The notes under the pieces were generated by a model. That model saw only the letters and a program-made list of their open reading frames with translations, made no database searches and was not told the DNA's origin. Below are positions 13,107 through 21,730 of a stretch of DNA of 64,000 bases, one piece after another. The position numbers were made by a program, and so were the translations under genes. Where the stretch lies: NCBI GenBank assembly GCA_035495555.1, contig DATJFQ010000041.1, positions 91,894 to 155,893 of the forward strand, given 5' to 3'. Each line of letters opens with the position of its first letter. Position 1 is the stretch's first letter. Origin of the DNA: Vicinamibacterales bacterium (GTDB lineage: Bacteria > Acidobacteriota > Vicinamibacteria > Vicinamibacterales > 2-12-FULL-66-21).

Positions 13107-13120
13107 GGCATGGCGATTGC
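13107..13120 (+). promoter_or_regulatory. Sigma-54 (-24/-12) promoter candidate for the second PEP-CTERM gene
   Basis: GGCATGGCGATTGC versus consensus GGCACG-N4-TTGC: one mismatch, exact spacing. It lies 96 nt upstream of ATG 13216, in the guaB/PEP-CTERM spacer. Confidence 0.45.
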
Positions 13121-13215
13121 GGGACCGCGCACCGGCGCACGCAATCGCGCACGTGATGACACCTGGCTGACCCAGAAGTGCCTCACGGATGACTACGTCT
13201 GCGCCGGGAGGTTAC

Positions 13216-13866
13216 ATGCCGAGGTCTTCATCGTGGTGTCTCGCGCTTGCGGCAGTCCTGCTGAGCGCGTATCCGTGCCTGGCAGATCCGGTTGTGCTGA
13301 CCGGTGGAGGCGCGACGCTGTATTGGGACGGGCAGCTGTCCAGCTTCTCCTTTACGGGTCCCGGGACGACGATATCCCAGGATTCACGCAATCCGTGGGG
13401 ACCGACCGGCTTCACGGTGGGTTCGCCAGTGGAGTTCAGCGGCAGCCTGAACCCTGAGAGTACGCACGGATCGCTGATGACCGTGAACGGGACGAGCTAC
13501 GACAACGCCGTGCTCGTCGGCACCGCATCGTTCGTGACGAACAGCTACACAGCCGCGGCGGGAGATTCCGGCGCAGGCGACGTCGAGCTGCCGCTGCTGC
13601 TCTCGGGACACTTCGAAGGTTTCAATTTCGGAGACGTCGGCGGCACTCCACTCTTCGCATTCGACGTCGCGCTTCAGGGCGTCTTCCGGTCCGATTTCGT
13701 CAATGTATCGCCCGACACCTTCCTGAATCGCAACTTCGCCGCGACGGCCGAGTTCACAGGGCCAGCCGGTCCGTCGCAAACGCCCGAGCCGGGGAGCCTT
13801 CTCCTGATGGGGACGCCGGTTGCCGCGATTGGGCTGAGAAGGCTGCGCAACCGGCTCCGCCGCTGA
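13216..13866 (+). CDS. PEP-CTERM sorting-domain secreted protein
   Basis: ATG 13216 preceded by GGGAGG. Signal peptide MPRSSSWCLALAAVLLSAYPCLA. C-terminus TPEPGSLLLMGTPVAAIGLRRLRNRLRR. Confidence 0.85.
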   Translation: MPRSSSWCLALAAVLLSAYPCLADPVVLTGGGATLYWDGQLSSFSFTGPGTTISQDSRNPWGPTGFTVGSPVEFSGSLNPESTHGSLMTVNGTSYDNAVLVGTASFVTNSYTAAAGDSGAGDVELPLLLSGHFEGFNFGDVGGTPLFAFDVALQGVFRSDFVNVSPDTFLNRNFAATAEFTGPAGPSQTPEPGSLLLMGTPVAAIGLRRLRNRLRR

Positions 13867-13918
13867 CACGTTGCGGCGGCTCACCTGTCGGCGTGCAAGA
13901 CGACGGTTTCAGCGGCCC

Positions 13919-14344
13919 TCAGCCGCCGGAGCCGTCGCGTATGAAGACTGACCGCTCGTTGTCTCCCGATTCCTCGAGCTTTACCTCGACCGCGTCGTCT
14001 GGACGCGATCGCCACCGATCCGCCCACTCGATTGCGACGATGCCTTCGCCGGAGACGAGATCATCCAGTCCGAGATCGTCGATCTCATCCGGTTCGAGAC
14101 GGTAGAGGTCGACGTGATACAGCGTATGGCCTGCGCCGCCGTACTGCTGGACGATCGTGAACGTCGGACTCGATACGTCGTCCGGATTGGCACCGAGGCC
14201 TTTCGCCATCCCCCGCACGAACGCCGTTTTGCCGGCGCCGAGGTCGCCGTAGAGCAGCACCACGTCGCCGGCTTTCAGCGTGCGCGCGAGTTGCTCCCCC
14301 GCCGTCGCGGTTTCATCTTCGCTGCGCGTGACGACCGTCGTCAT
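13919..14344 (-). CDS. tsaE: tRNA t6A37 biosynthesis ATPase TsaE
   Basis: Internal start MTTVVTRSEDE (ATG 14344). P-loop GDLGAGKT, SPTFTIV, HVDLYRL. ATGA overlap with nnr. Confidence 0.9.
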   Translation of the reverse strand: MTTVVTRSEDETATAGEQLARTLKAGDVVLLYGDLGAGKTAFVRGMAKGLGANPDDVSSPTFTIVQQYGGAGHTLYHVDLYRLEPDEIDDLGLDDLVSGEGIVAIEWADRWRSRPDDAVEVKLEESGDNERSVFIRDGSGG

Positions 14345-15912
14345 TCGCGTTTGATCCGTTTGCGAGCGGTGAGCTCGAGGACGGCATCGCCGAGGTGCGC
14401 CGCGATGTCGGTCGGCAGCAGCGCAAGTTCGCCTTCGTCCGCTTCGGCGAGGTCGCCCGCACTTCCGTGCAGGTACACGGCGAGCTTGCACGCGGCCTCG
14501 GCGTCCAGAAGCTGCGCGAACCACGCGGCGATCATGCCCGTCAGGAGATCGCCGGTACCGCCGGTTGCCATGCCGGGATTGCCCGTCACGTTGATGAACG
14601 AACGGCCGTCCGGTCCGGCAATGATCGTCCGATGGCCCTTCAGAACGACATGGACTCTGTGCGCCGCGGAGAATTCCCGCGCGTGTTCCAGCCTGTCGCT
14701 CTGCACCTGTTCGATCGAAACGCCGAGCAGCCTGGCCATTTCGCCCGGATGTGGCGTGATGATCATGTCCACGCCGTCGCGCCCTTCGAGCCGTTCGGGG
14801 TCGTCTGCGAAGGCGTTCAGCGCGTCGGCGTCCAGGACGAGCGGCACGCCGGACTTTTCGACGATCGCCTGCACGAATGCCGACGTCGACGGATCGCGCC
14901 CGAGGCCCGGACCGATGGCGATCAGATCCGCCGTTATCGCGAGCGCGCGATCGACCGCTGCGAAATCGATCGCGCCGCTGCCCGTCTCGTCGAGCGGCTC
15001 CGTCATGTACTCGGGCATCATCATGGCCAGCGCTGCGACGCAGGAGCGCGGGGTGGCAATCGTCACGAGCCCCGCGCCCGAGCGCAACGCACCCAGTGCG
15101 GCGAGATGCGCTGCGCCGGTCTTGCCCAGGGAGCCGGCAATCACCAGCACCCGCCCGAAGTCCCCCTTGTGCGAGTCGGCAGCCCGCGTCGGCACCAGCT
15201 CGCGGATGGTCTCGCGCGTCAACAGCTCGACTCGAGGTCCCTCGAGCTCCTCCATCACGCTCGCCGGAATGCCGATATCGGCGATGACGAGATCACCGCC
15301 GTACACATCGGCCGGCGGAAGCACGAGCGGCAGCTTCGGCGCGCCGAGCGTGACGGTCATCGACGCCTGGATCGCGTCGCTCTCGATCTCGTGGGTGTCC
15401 GCCGACAGGCCGGTGGGCAGATCAATCGCGACAACCGGCGTGCCCAGGCCGTTCACGTCGCCAATGACGGTCTCGAGCAGGCCGGAAACAGGACCGCGAA
15501 AGCCGGTACCGACGATCGCGTCGACGATCAGGTCGCACTCGGAGATCTCGGTGAAATGGAGCTCCCACTGCTGCGCGTCGGCCACTTCCACGACCGTCAC
15601 GCCGATTCGGCCGAGGATCTCCAGGTTCGTCCGCGCATCGCCGCGGACGTCAGCCACGCTGCCGAGCAGAAACACGATCGATTCGATTCCGCGCTGCGCG
15701 AGCGTGCGGGCGACGACGAACCCGTCGCCGCCGTTGTTGCCGCGGCCACACAGGACCGCGACCCGGCTGGACGACAGATCCTCGTAGGCGGCTTCCATCG
15801 CCGCCACCGCCTGGCGCCCGGCATTCTCCATCAGCACGACGGACGGAATGCCGATTTCGTCGATCGTCTGCCGATCGGCTTCCCGCATCTGCTGAGTGTT
15901 GAGTACGCGCAT
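14341..15912 (-). CDS. nnr: Bifunctional NAD(P)H-hydrate epimerase / ADP-dependent dehydratase
   Basis: Start MRVLNTQQMREADR (ATG 15912). YjeF-N motif GRGNNGGDG, and a C-terminal carbohydrate-kinase domain with GTGDLLTG. Confidence 0.9.
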   Translation of the reverse strand: MRVLNTQQMREADRQTIDEIGIPSVVLMENAGRQAVAAMEAAYEDLSSSRVAVLCGRGNNGGDGFVVARTLAQRGIESIVFLLGSVADVRGDARTNLEILGRIGVTVVEVADAQQWELHFTEISECDLIVDAIVGTGFRGPVSGLLETVIGDVNGLGTPVVAIDLPTGLSADTHEIESDAIQASMTVTLGAPKLPLVLPPADVYGGDLVIADIGIPASVMEELEGPRVELLTRETIRELVPTRAADSHKGDFGRVLVIAGSLGKTGAAHLAALGALRSGAGLVTIATPRSCVAALAMMMPEYMTEPLDETGSGAIDFAAVDRALAITADLIAIGPGLGRDPSTSAFVQAIVEKSGVPLVLDADALNAFADDPERLEGRDGVDMIITPHPGEMARLLGVSIEQVQSDRLEHAREFSAAHRVHVVLKGHRTIIAGPDGRSFINVTGNPGMATGGTGDLLTGMIAAWFAQLLDAEAACKLAVYLHGSAGDLAEADEGELALLPTDIAAHLGDAVLELTARKRIKRE

Positions 15913-15952
15913 GGATGGCTTGCCGCCTACTATTTCAATAATGCTACGATGC

Positions 15953-16870
15953 ATGCAAATGCGCGGAGCTGTTTACGTCAACGGCCGGATCATGCCGGCT
16001 CAGGAGGCGGTCGTCCCCGTCTACGATCACGGGTTCGTCTACGGCGAAGGGGTGTACGAAACCTTGCGGACCTACAACAAGGTCCCCTTCCTGTTCGACC
16101 GGCACGTCCGGCGCCTGCGCCAGTCGGCCGGGCACATCGACCTCGACGTGCCGTTCGACGACGCGACGCTGTCCGGGTGGATCGATGACACCGTCGCGGC
16201 GGCAGCCAGGGCAGACGGCGCGAACAGTGACGAATGGTATATCCGCATTCTCCTCACGCGGGGCGTCGGCGAATTGTCGTACGACACCAAAGCGACGCCG
16301 ACGCCGTCGCTCGTGATCATCGTGAAGCCGAACGAAGAGCCGCCGGAGCGTATGGCGCGCGAGGGTATCCGCATTTCGCTGGTCGAGATTCTGCGGAACC
16401 ATCCGGGGTCGGTCAACCCCGTCATCAAGTCGAACAACCTGTTGAACAACGCGCTCGCGATGCAGGCAGCCTATCGCCGCGGCGCCGAAGAAGCGCTGAT
16501 GCGCAACTTCCGCGGCGAGCTGTCGGAGTGTTCGCAGTCGAACTTCTTCATGGTTCGCGGCGGCGTCGCGCTGACGCCCAAATCGGCGGCCGGTCTGCTC
16601 CAGGGCATCACGCGCGCGTTTCTGTTCGAAGTGGGACAGGAAGCGGGCGTCCCCGTCCGTGAAGAGGTGCTCTATCCCGCAGACCTCGACACCGCCGACG
16701 AAGCGTTCATCACGAGCACCACGCGCGAACTCAGCCCGGTGACGCGCATCGACGACCATGTCGTCGGCGACGGCACCCCTGGGCCGATCACGATGAAGCT
16801 CTGGAACGGGTACAAGCGAAAGGCGCAGGAGCTGACGCGCGCACACGCGTCGTCGGCAAGCCGGACGTAG
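15953..16870 (+). CDS. Class IV (fold type IV) aminotransferase (branched-chain/D-amino-acid aminotransferase or ADC-lyase type)
   Basis: Start MQMRGAVYVNG (ATG 15953). DHGFVYGEGVYETLR, IKSNNLLNN, ECSQSNFF, GITR. The subfamily cannot be fixed by eye. Confidence 0.8.
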   Translation: MQMRGAVYVNGRIMPAQEAVVPVYDHGFVYGEGVYETLRTYNKVPFLFDRHVRRLRQSAGHIDLDVPFDDATLSGWIDDTVAAAARADGANSDEWYIRILLTRGVGELSYDTKATPTPSLVIIVKPNEEPPERMAREGIRISLVEILRNHPGSVNPVIKSNNLLNNALAMQAAYRRGAEEALMRNFRGELSECSQSNFFMVRGGVALTPKSAAGLLQGITRAFLFEVGQEAGVPVREEVLYPADLDTADEAFITSTTRELSPVTRIDDHVVGDGTPGPITMKLWNGYKRKAQELTRAHASSASRT

Positions 16871-16874
16871 CCGT

Positions 16875-16927
16875 CGAATCGCGTTGGTATTTGCAGGCTG
16901 AAGGTACGCTGCAGGCCGCGCGATTCG
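16875..16927. terminator. Nested inverted repeat between convergent genes (candidate bidirectional terminator)
   Basis: CGAATCGCG (16875-16883) pairs with CGCGATTCG (16919-16927). An inner tgcag/ctgca pair lies inside the loop. Confidence 0.3.
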
Positions 16928-16936
16928 CATCGCGCG

Positions 16937-19819
16937 CTACACTGTCGCGCCTTCCTCCACGTACTCTTCCATCGGCGGGCAGGCGCAAATCAAGTTACGA
17001 TCGCCATAGGGATTGTCGATCCGTGCGACCGCCGGCCAGACCTTGTTGAATCGCACGAACGGCAGCGGATACGCGGCTTCCGCGCGGGGATACGGGTGTG
17101 ACCAGTCGTCGGACACGACAGCGATCGCGGGATGCGGCGCGTTTTTGAGCACGTTGTCCTTCGCGTCCGCGCGGCCTTCCAGCACTGCGGCGATCTCTCC
17201 CCGAATCTTGATCAACGCGTCGCAGAAGCGGTCCAGTTCATCTTTCGCTTCGCTCTCCGTCGGCTCGATCATCATCGTGCCGGGCACCGGGAACGAGACG
17301 GTCGGCGCGTGGAAGCCGTAATCCATCAGCCGCTTCGCGACGTCCTGCTCGTCGACTGACGCGCCGCCAGCGTGCTTGAACGGGCGGAGATCGAAGATCA
17401 GTTCATGGGCGACGCGGCCGTTGTGGTTCGCGTACAGGACGTCGTAGTGATCCTGCAGGCGCACCTTGACGTAATTCGCGTTCAGAATCGCCACCCGCGT
17501 CGCATCCGTCATGCCGTCGGCCCCGAGCAGGCGCATGTAGCCGTACGAAATCAACAGGATGCTCGCGCTCCCCCACGGCGCGGCCGCGATCGCCGGAATC
17601 GCCATGTCTCCGCCAACCTTCACGACCGGGTGCCCGGGCAGGTACGCCGCCAGGTGTTTCGCCACCGCAATCGGCCCCATGCCGGGGCCGCCGCCGCCGT
17701 GCGGGATCGCGAACGTCTTGTGCAGGTTCAGGTGGCACACGTCCGCGCCAATCGACGCCGGGCTCGTCAGCCCCACCTGCGCGTTCATGTTGGCGCCGTC
17801 CATGTACACCTGGCCGCCGTTGCGATGCACGATCGTGCAGATCTCTTTAATGCGCTCCTCGAAGATCCCGTACGTCGACGGATAGGTCACCATGAGCGCC
17901 GCGAGACGATCGCGGTGCTGCTCCGCCTTCGCGCGCAGGTCGTCGACCACGATGTAGCCCTGGTCGTCACATGCGACGACCACGACCCGCAGCCCTGCCA
18001 TCGTGGCGCTGGCAGGGTTGGTGCCGTGCGCGGACGCCGGGATCAGGACAACGTCGCGCGCCTGATCGCCGCGGTCGTGGTGATACGCACGGATCACCAT
18101 CAGGCCCGCGAACTCCCCCTGCGCGCCCGAATTCGGCTGCAGCGACACCGCCGCGAGCCCCGTGATCTCGCAGAGCATCGACTCCAGCTCGCGGAACACC
18201 TCCAGGTACCCTTCCGCGTTCTCGATTGGCGCAAACGGGTGCATCCCGGCGAAGCGTGGCCAGCTCACCGGCATCATCTCGGCGGCCGCGTTCAGCTTCA
18301 TGGTGCAGGAGCCAAGCGGAATCATGGAGGTGTCGAGGCCGACGTCCTTCCGCTCGAGCGCGCGGATGTAGCGCATCATCTGCGTTTCAGAGTGATGCGT
18401 GTTGAAAACCGGATGCGTCAGGTAAGCGCTCGTGCGCGCCAGCGCCGCCGGCGCGTGCAGCGCGAACCGTACATCGTCGCGCGCAATCATCGAAACCGAT
18501 TTCCCGATGCTGCGCGCGAAGACGCCGGCAATCGCCGTCACGTCCTCAATGGTGGTGGTCTCGTCGAGCGAGATGCCGACGGCGCCGTCCGCGAAGTATC
18601 GAAACGCGATCTGCGCCGCCGCCGATTCCGTTCGGAGCGTCTTCAGGTCGGCGCCGGTGATCCGCAGCGTGTCGAAATACGTGGAGTTGGTCTGCTCGAG
18701 CCCCAACGCGGTCAGCGCGCTCGCCAGCACGGTCGCGAACGTGTGGATGCGTTCGCCGATTCCGCGCAGGCCGGCGGGGCCGTGGTACACCGCGTACATG
18801 GCAGCCATGTTCGCCAGCAGCGCCTGGGCCGTGCAGATGTTCGACGTCGCTTTCTCGCGCCGGATGTGCTGCTCACGGGTCTGCAGCGCCATCCGATAGG
18901 CGCGGTGCCCCAGGGCATCCACCGATACTCCGATGATCCGACCGGGCGCCTGACGGACGTACGCTTCGCGCGTCGCGAAAAACGCGGCATGTGGCCCGCC
19001 GTAGCCAAGCGGCACGCCGAACCGCTGTGAGTTGCCGACGACGACGTCGGCACCCATTTCCCCGGGGGGCGTAAAGAGCGTGAGCGCCATCAGATCGGTC
19101 GCGACCGCGACGAACACACCGGCTGCGTGGGCCTTCTGGATAATCGCGCGGAGATCGTGCAGCTCACCGCGGTCGTCCGGACACTGCAGCAGCAGCCCGA
19201 ATGCGCGATCCATCGGCATGGACGACGGATCGCCAATCTCGAGGCGGATATTCAGCGGTTCGGCGCGGCCCCGGAGCACCTCGAGCGTCTGCGGGAACGT
19301 GTGCTGTGACACGAGGAACACCGACGGCTGCCCCGCCGGCGCCTTCTTCGTGTTGATGCGATGAAACATCGACATCGCCTCGGCGGCGGCCGTGCCTTCG
19401 TCCAGCAGCGACGCGGTCGCGACCGGCATCCCGGTCAGATCGCCGACCATGGTCTGGAAATTGAGCAGCGACTCCAGGCGCCCCTGCGCGATTTCGGCCT
19501 GATACGGCGTATACGGCGTGTACCAGCCGGGATTTTCGAAGACGTTTCGCTGGATGACGGCAGGCGTGATGCAGTCGTAGTAGCCCATCCCGATGTAGCA
19601 ACGGGTGAGCTGGTTTTTCGCGGCCACCGAGCGGAGCCGGCGCAAATACGCCGCTTCGGTCTCTGCCGGCGGCAGCTTCAGCGGCGCGGTCAGGCGGATA
19701 TCACGCGGGATGGTCTGGTCGATCAGATCGTCGATCGTCCTGACGCCGACCGCGTCGAGCATGCGGCTTCGGGCGTCGGCGTCGGGACCGATATGTCGGG
19801 ATTCGAAAACGTCGTGCAT
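16937..19819 (-). CDS. gcvP: Glycine dehydrogenase (aminomethyl-transferring), single-chain P protein
   Basis: 960-aa ORF: MHDVFESRHIGP…, PYQAEIAQGRLE, PLP-lysine region CHLNLHKTFAIPHGGGGPG. Confidence 0.97.
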   Translation of the reverse strand: MHDVFESRHIGPDADARSRMLDAVGVRTIDDLIDQTIPRDIRLTAPLKLPPAETEAAYLRRLRSVAAKNQLTRCYIGMGYYDCITPAVIQRNVFENPGWYTPYTPYQAEIAQGRLESLLNFQTMVGDLTGMPVATASLLDEGTAAAEAMSMFHRINTKKAPAGQPSVFLVSQHTFPQTLEVLRGRAEPLNIRLEIGDPSSMPMDRAFGLLLQCPDDRGELHDLRAIIQKAHAAGVFVAVATDLMALTLFTPPGEMGADVVVGNSQRFGVPLGYGGPHAAFFATREAYVRQAPGRIIGVSVDALGHRAYRMALQTREQHIRREKATSNICTAQALLANMAAMYAVYHGPAGLRGIGERIHTFATVLASALTALGLEQTNSTYFDTLRITGADLKTLRTESAAAQIAFRYFADGAVGISLDETTTIEDVTAIAGVFARSIGKSVSMIARDDVRFALHAPAALARTSAYLTHPVFNTHHSETQMMRYIRALERKDVGLDTSMIPLGSCTMKLNAAAEMMPVSWPRFAGMHPFAPIENAEGYLEVFRELESMLCEITGLAAVSLQPNSGAQGEFAGLMVIRAYHHDRGDQARDVVLIPASAHGTNPASATMAGLRVVVVACDDQGYIVVDDLRAKAEQHRDRLAALMVTYPSTYGIFEERIKEICTIVHRNGGQVYMDGANMNAQVGLTSPASIGADVCHLNLHKTFAIPHGGGGPGMGPIAVAKHLAAYLPGHPVVKVGGDMAIPAIAAAPWGSASILLISYGYMRLLGADGMTDATRVAILNANYVKVRLQDHYDVLYANHNGRVAHELIFDLRPFKHAGGASVDEQDVAKRLMDYGFHAPTVSFPVPGTMMIEPTESEAKDELDRFCDALIKIRGEIAAVLEGRADAKDNVLKNAPHPAIAVVSDDWSHPYPRAEAAYPLPFVRFNKVWPAVARIDNPYGDRNLICACPPMEEYVEEGATV

Positions 19820-20187
19820 TACTTGGTGAGATCGGAGTACGCGGCGGAGTCGAGCAGGTCGCTCGTGTCCGCGTCGGTCACTTTCATCACAATCATCCAG
19901 GAGCCGTGCGGATCGGTATTCACAACCTCCGGCTTCTGCACGAGTGCGTCGTTGACGGCGGTCACCTCGCCAGCGACCGGACTGTACAGCTCGGACACCG
20001 CCTTGACGGATTCGATGGTGCCGAAGACCTCACCTTTCCTGAGACTCCGGCCGACGGGCGGCAGTTCCAGGTACACGACATCGCCGAGCTGTTTCTGCGC
20101 GTAATCGGTGATGCCAACCCGCGCGTCGCCTGCGCCCAGGCGCACCCACTCGTGGTCCTTCGTGTACTTCAGATCGGTCGGATACAT
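19819..20187 (-). CDS. gcvH: Glycine cleavage system H protein
   Basis: Start MYPTDLKYTKDHEWV (ATG 20187, SD GGGAGA). Lipoyl-lysine motif ESVKAVSE. 1-nt overlap (TAATG) with gcvP. Confidence 0.95.
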   Translation of the reverse strand: MYPTDLKYTKDHEWVRLGAGDARVGITDYAQKQLGDVVYLELPPVGRSLRKGEVFGTIESVKAVSELYSPVAGEVTAVNDALVQKPEVVNTDPHGSWMIVMKVTDADTSDLLDSAAYSDLTK

Positions 20188-20247
20188 TCGATTCTCCCGG
20201 CGCCCCACGCGGGGCGCGCTCCACGACAGCCGGCCGGCCGACGGCCG

Positions 20248-21357
20248 CTACTTCGCGCGCTTGTAAAACGGCATCGGGACGATGACGGCCTTCGCGCGGC
20301 GGCCGCGAACGTCGATCTCCAGGTCCGTCCCCGGTTCGGTCCTGTTCGACGGCACGTATGCCATCCCGATCGCCTTCTTCAAATAGGGCGTCTGCGTACC
20401 GCTGGTCACCACGCCTGCGCGGGCGCCGTCGATGTACACGTCATAGCCGTGGCGCCCGATTGCGCGGTCGACCATCTCGAAGCCAATCAGCTTCTTCGCC
20501 GTACCTTCCGCCTTCTGCCGCCGCAGCACCTGTGCGCCGATGAACGCGTCCTTCTTCCAGCCCACGATCCAGCCAAGATCCGCGTCGAGCACCGTCGACT
20601 GCTCGTCCATGTCGTTGCCGTACAACCGCATCGACGCTTCGAGGCGCAGCGTATCGCGTGCGCCCAGTCCGGCGGGGACGAGCCCGGCGGGCTTTCCCGC
20701 CGCGAGCATCGCGTCCCACACGCGTTCGGCCGCCGCCGGCGCGACGAACACTTCGTACCCGTCCTCGCCGGTATAACCGGTGCGCGAGATCGTCACCCGG
20801 ACGGACGCGACTTCCCCGTTCGCGAACCAGTAGTACTTGATGCCGGCGAGATCGATTCCGGTCAGGGTCTGCAGGATCTCGCGCGCGGCAGGTCCCTGGA
20901 TCGCAATCAGCGCGTACCGTGAACTCGTGTTGACCGCGGCTGCGTCGACGCCCTGGACGTGGTCCGTGATCCAGCGGAAGTCCTTCACGATGTTCGACGC
21001 GTTGACGACGAGCATGAAGTGGTCATCCGCGAGCCGGTAGGTGAGCACGTCGTCCACGAACGTGCCGTCGGGCGTGGTCAGGGCCGAGTATTGGGCCTGA
21101 TTCACCGCGAGCCGCGACGCGTCGTTGCTCGTGATGTGCTGGACCGCTTTGAGCGCGTCGGGCCCGGCGATTTCAATCTGGCCCATGTGGCTGACGTCGA
21201 ACAGGCCCGCGCGCGTGCGCACGGCCATGTGCTCGTCCGCGATGCCCGTGTACTCGACGGGCATGTCCCACCCGCCGAATTCGACCATGCGCGCGCCCAG
21301 CGCGCGGTGGCGCGCATACAGCGGCGTTTTCTTGAGCGTGCCCGAGGGCTGATTCAT
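20248..21357 (-). CDS. gcvT: Glycine cleavage system aminomethyltransferase T protein
   Basis: Internal start MNQPSGTLKKTPLYARHRALGARMVEFGGWDMPVEY (ATG 21357). First gene of the gcvT-H-P order. Confidence 0.95.
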   Translation of the reverse strand: MNQPSGTLKKTPLYARHRALGARMVEFGGWDMPVEYTGIADEHMAVRTRAGLFDVSHMGQIEIAGPDALKAVQHITSNDASRLAVNQAQYSALTTPDGTFVDDVLTYRLADDHFMLVVNASNIVKDFRWITDHVQGVDAAAVNTSSRYALIAIQGPAAREILQTLTGIDLAGIKYYWFANGEVASVRVTISRTGYTGEDGYEVFVAPAAAERVWDAMLAAGKPAGLVPAGLGARDTLRLEASMRLYGNDMDEQSTVLDADLGWIVGWKKDAFIGAQVLRRQKAEGTAKKLIGFEMVDRAIGRHGYDVYIDGARAGVVTSGTQTPYLKKAIGMAYVPSNRTEPGTDLEIDVRGRRAKAVIVPMPFYKRAK

Positions 21358-21649
21358 CCTGGACGCGAGATACCGTGATTGGAGAGCCGCGCGGCTGGCG
21401 CGGAACCCACTAACGGTACTATTGCGCCCGTTCGGGGTCAAGATTTCGACACTTCCGGCGCCGCCTCCTCACGAGAGCACGTCATGCGCGGCGCGGCATC
21501 GACTCCAGCCGAACCTTCCTCGGCAATCCCATCCAAATCGTAACGCGAGGGTCAAAAGCGTCATCGGCCGCGACCGTTGCACACCCGGCGCACACGCGAA
21601 TTCTGCAGTTTGCCTGAAAAGTCTGCGGGTTTTGGGGCGAGCGCGTTGC

Positions 21650-21663
21650 GGCACCGCGGTTGC
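21650..21663 (+). promoter_or_regulatory. Sigma-54 (-24/-12) promoter candidate for the 952-aa surface protein gene
   Basis: GGCACCGCGGTTGC versus GGCACG-N4-TTGC: exact spacing, one mismatch. It lies 67 nt upstream of ATG 21731. Confidence 0.4.
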
Positions 21664-21730
21664 CACTTTCCGGGCCGTGGCCGGTTAGGCCGCACTCTGA
21701 GTTATCCGACCAAGTCCAGGGACCCTTCGT

